A stretch of DNA of 64,000 bases, from the NCBI GenBank assembly GCA_963850305.1, contig CAWKKR010000008.1:288001-352000 (forward strand), written 5' to 3'. Below the pieces are notes generated by a model that saw only the letters and a program-made list of their open reading frames with translations, ran no database searches and was not told the origin of the DNA. Source of the stretch: an uncultured delta proteobacterium. Lineage in GTDB: Bacteria > Myxococcota_A > Polyangia > Polyangiales > Polyangiaceae. Shown here piece by piece: positions 63,752 to 64,000 of this stretch. Within the stretch, counting starts at the first letter, position 1; every line of letters starts with the position of its first letter. Position numbers and translations under genes: made by a program.

Positions 63752-64000
63752 TCACTGGCATCGGCTTCCGCCGGCTCCGTGGGGTAAGAGGACGGAGCAA
63801 TAGAAGATCGCCGTGCGGGCGTTGCCCGGCGCACCGGCGACGACGACATCGCGCCCCTCGATGTGGGCCGCGACGACCGCCGCGCCGAGTTCGTCCCCGT
63901 CGCCCTGTGACGACAGAAAGAGCTGGTCGGTGAGCAGATCCGGGTTCGCCCCCTCCGCGTCGTAGACGAGGACCGCGCCCGCGCGGTTCGTGCCGCGGAC
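63752..64000 (-). CDS. C-terminal end of an FG-GAP/integrin-alpha-like repeat protein (partial)
   Basis: Manual translation: AGAVLVYD..GDELGAAV..VVVAGAPG..FYCS..RCQ*. Confidence 0.65.
   Translation of the reverse strand, partial: VRGTNRAGAVLVYDAEGANPDLLTDQLFLSSQGDGDELGAAVVAAHIEGRDVVVAGAPGNARTAIFYCSVLLPHGAGGSRCQ

Overview
GC-rich chromosomal window, most likely from a myxobacterium (Myxococcota, Polyangiaceae-like). The basis for that call is a RomY-like protein, DUF4388 multidomain proteins, a myxobacterial-type OM beta-barrel, FGE-sulfatase paralogues, a eukaryotic-like Ser/Thr kinase with an FHA protein, and a partial atpF'-F-H-A-G operon. Housekeeping genes (htpG, pcm, argJ, rpiB, rplM-rpsI, uvrB, gpmA, glmS, atp genes, folK, clpA/C-like, tRNA-Cys) are interleaved with many signalling genes and lipoproteins. 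No integrase, transposase, prophage or CRISPR array was seen. About 12 apparent single-base insertions break otherwise intact genes, including atpA and uvrB, and are probably sequencing errors. The best candidates for undescribed biology are: (1) an exported lipoprotein with two Cys-decorated truncated-globin domains, coupled to an unknown membrane protein; (2) an RHH/Zn-finger regulator with visible shared operators upstream of itself and of an ABC1/UbiB kinase plus phasin-like gene; (3) a His-less, ATPase-less membrane 'pseudo-kinase' paired with a receiver protein; (4) several pseudo-enzymes (an MshEN/HD-GYP/REC/DUF4388 protein next to romY-like, a GAFTGA-less NtrC-type regulator, an HPD-less J-like protein facing a Clp ATPase with an altered pore loop); (5) an unannotated TatA-like small ORF. 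All family assignments come from motif recognition by eye, not database searches.
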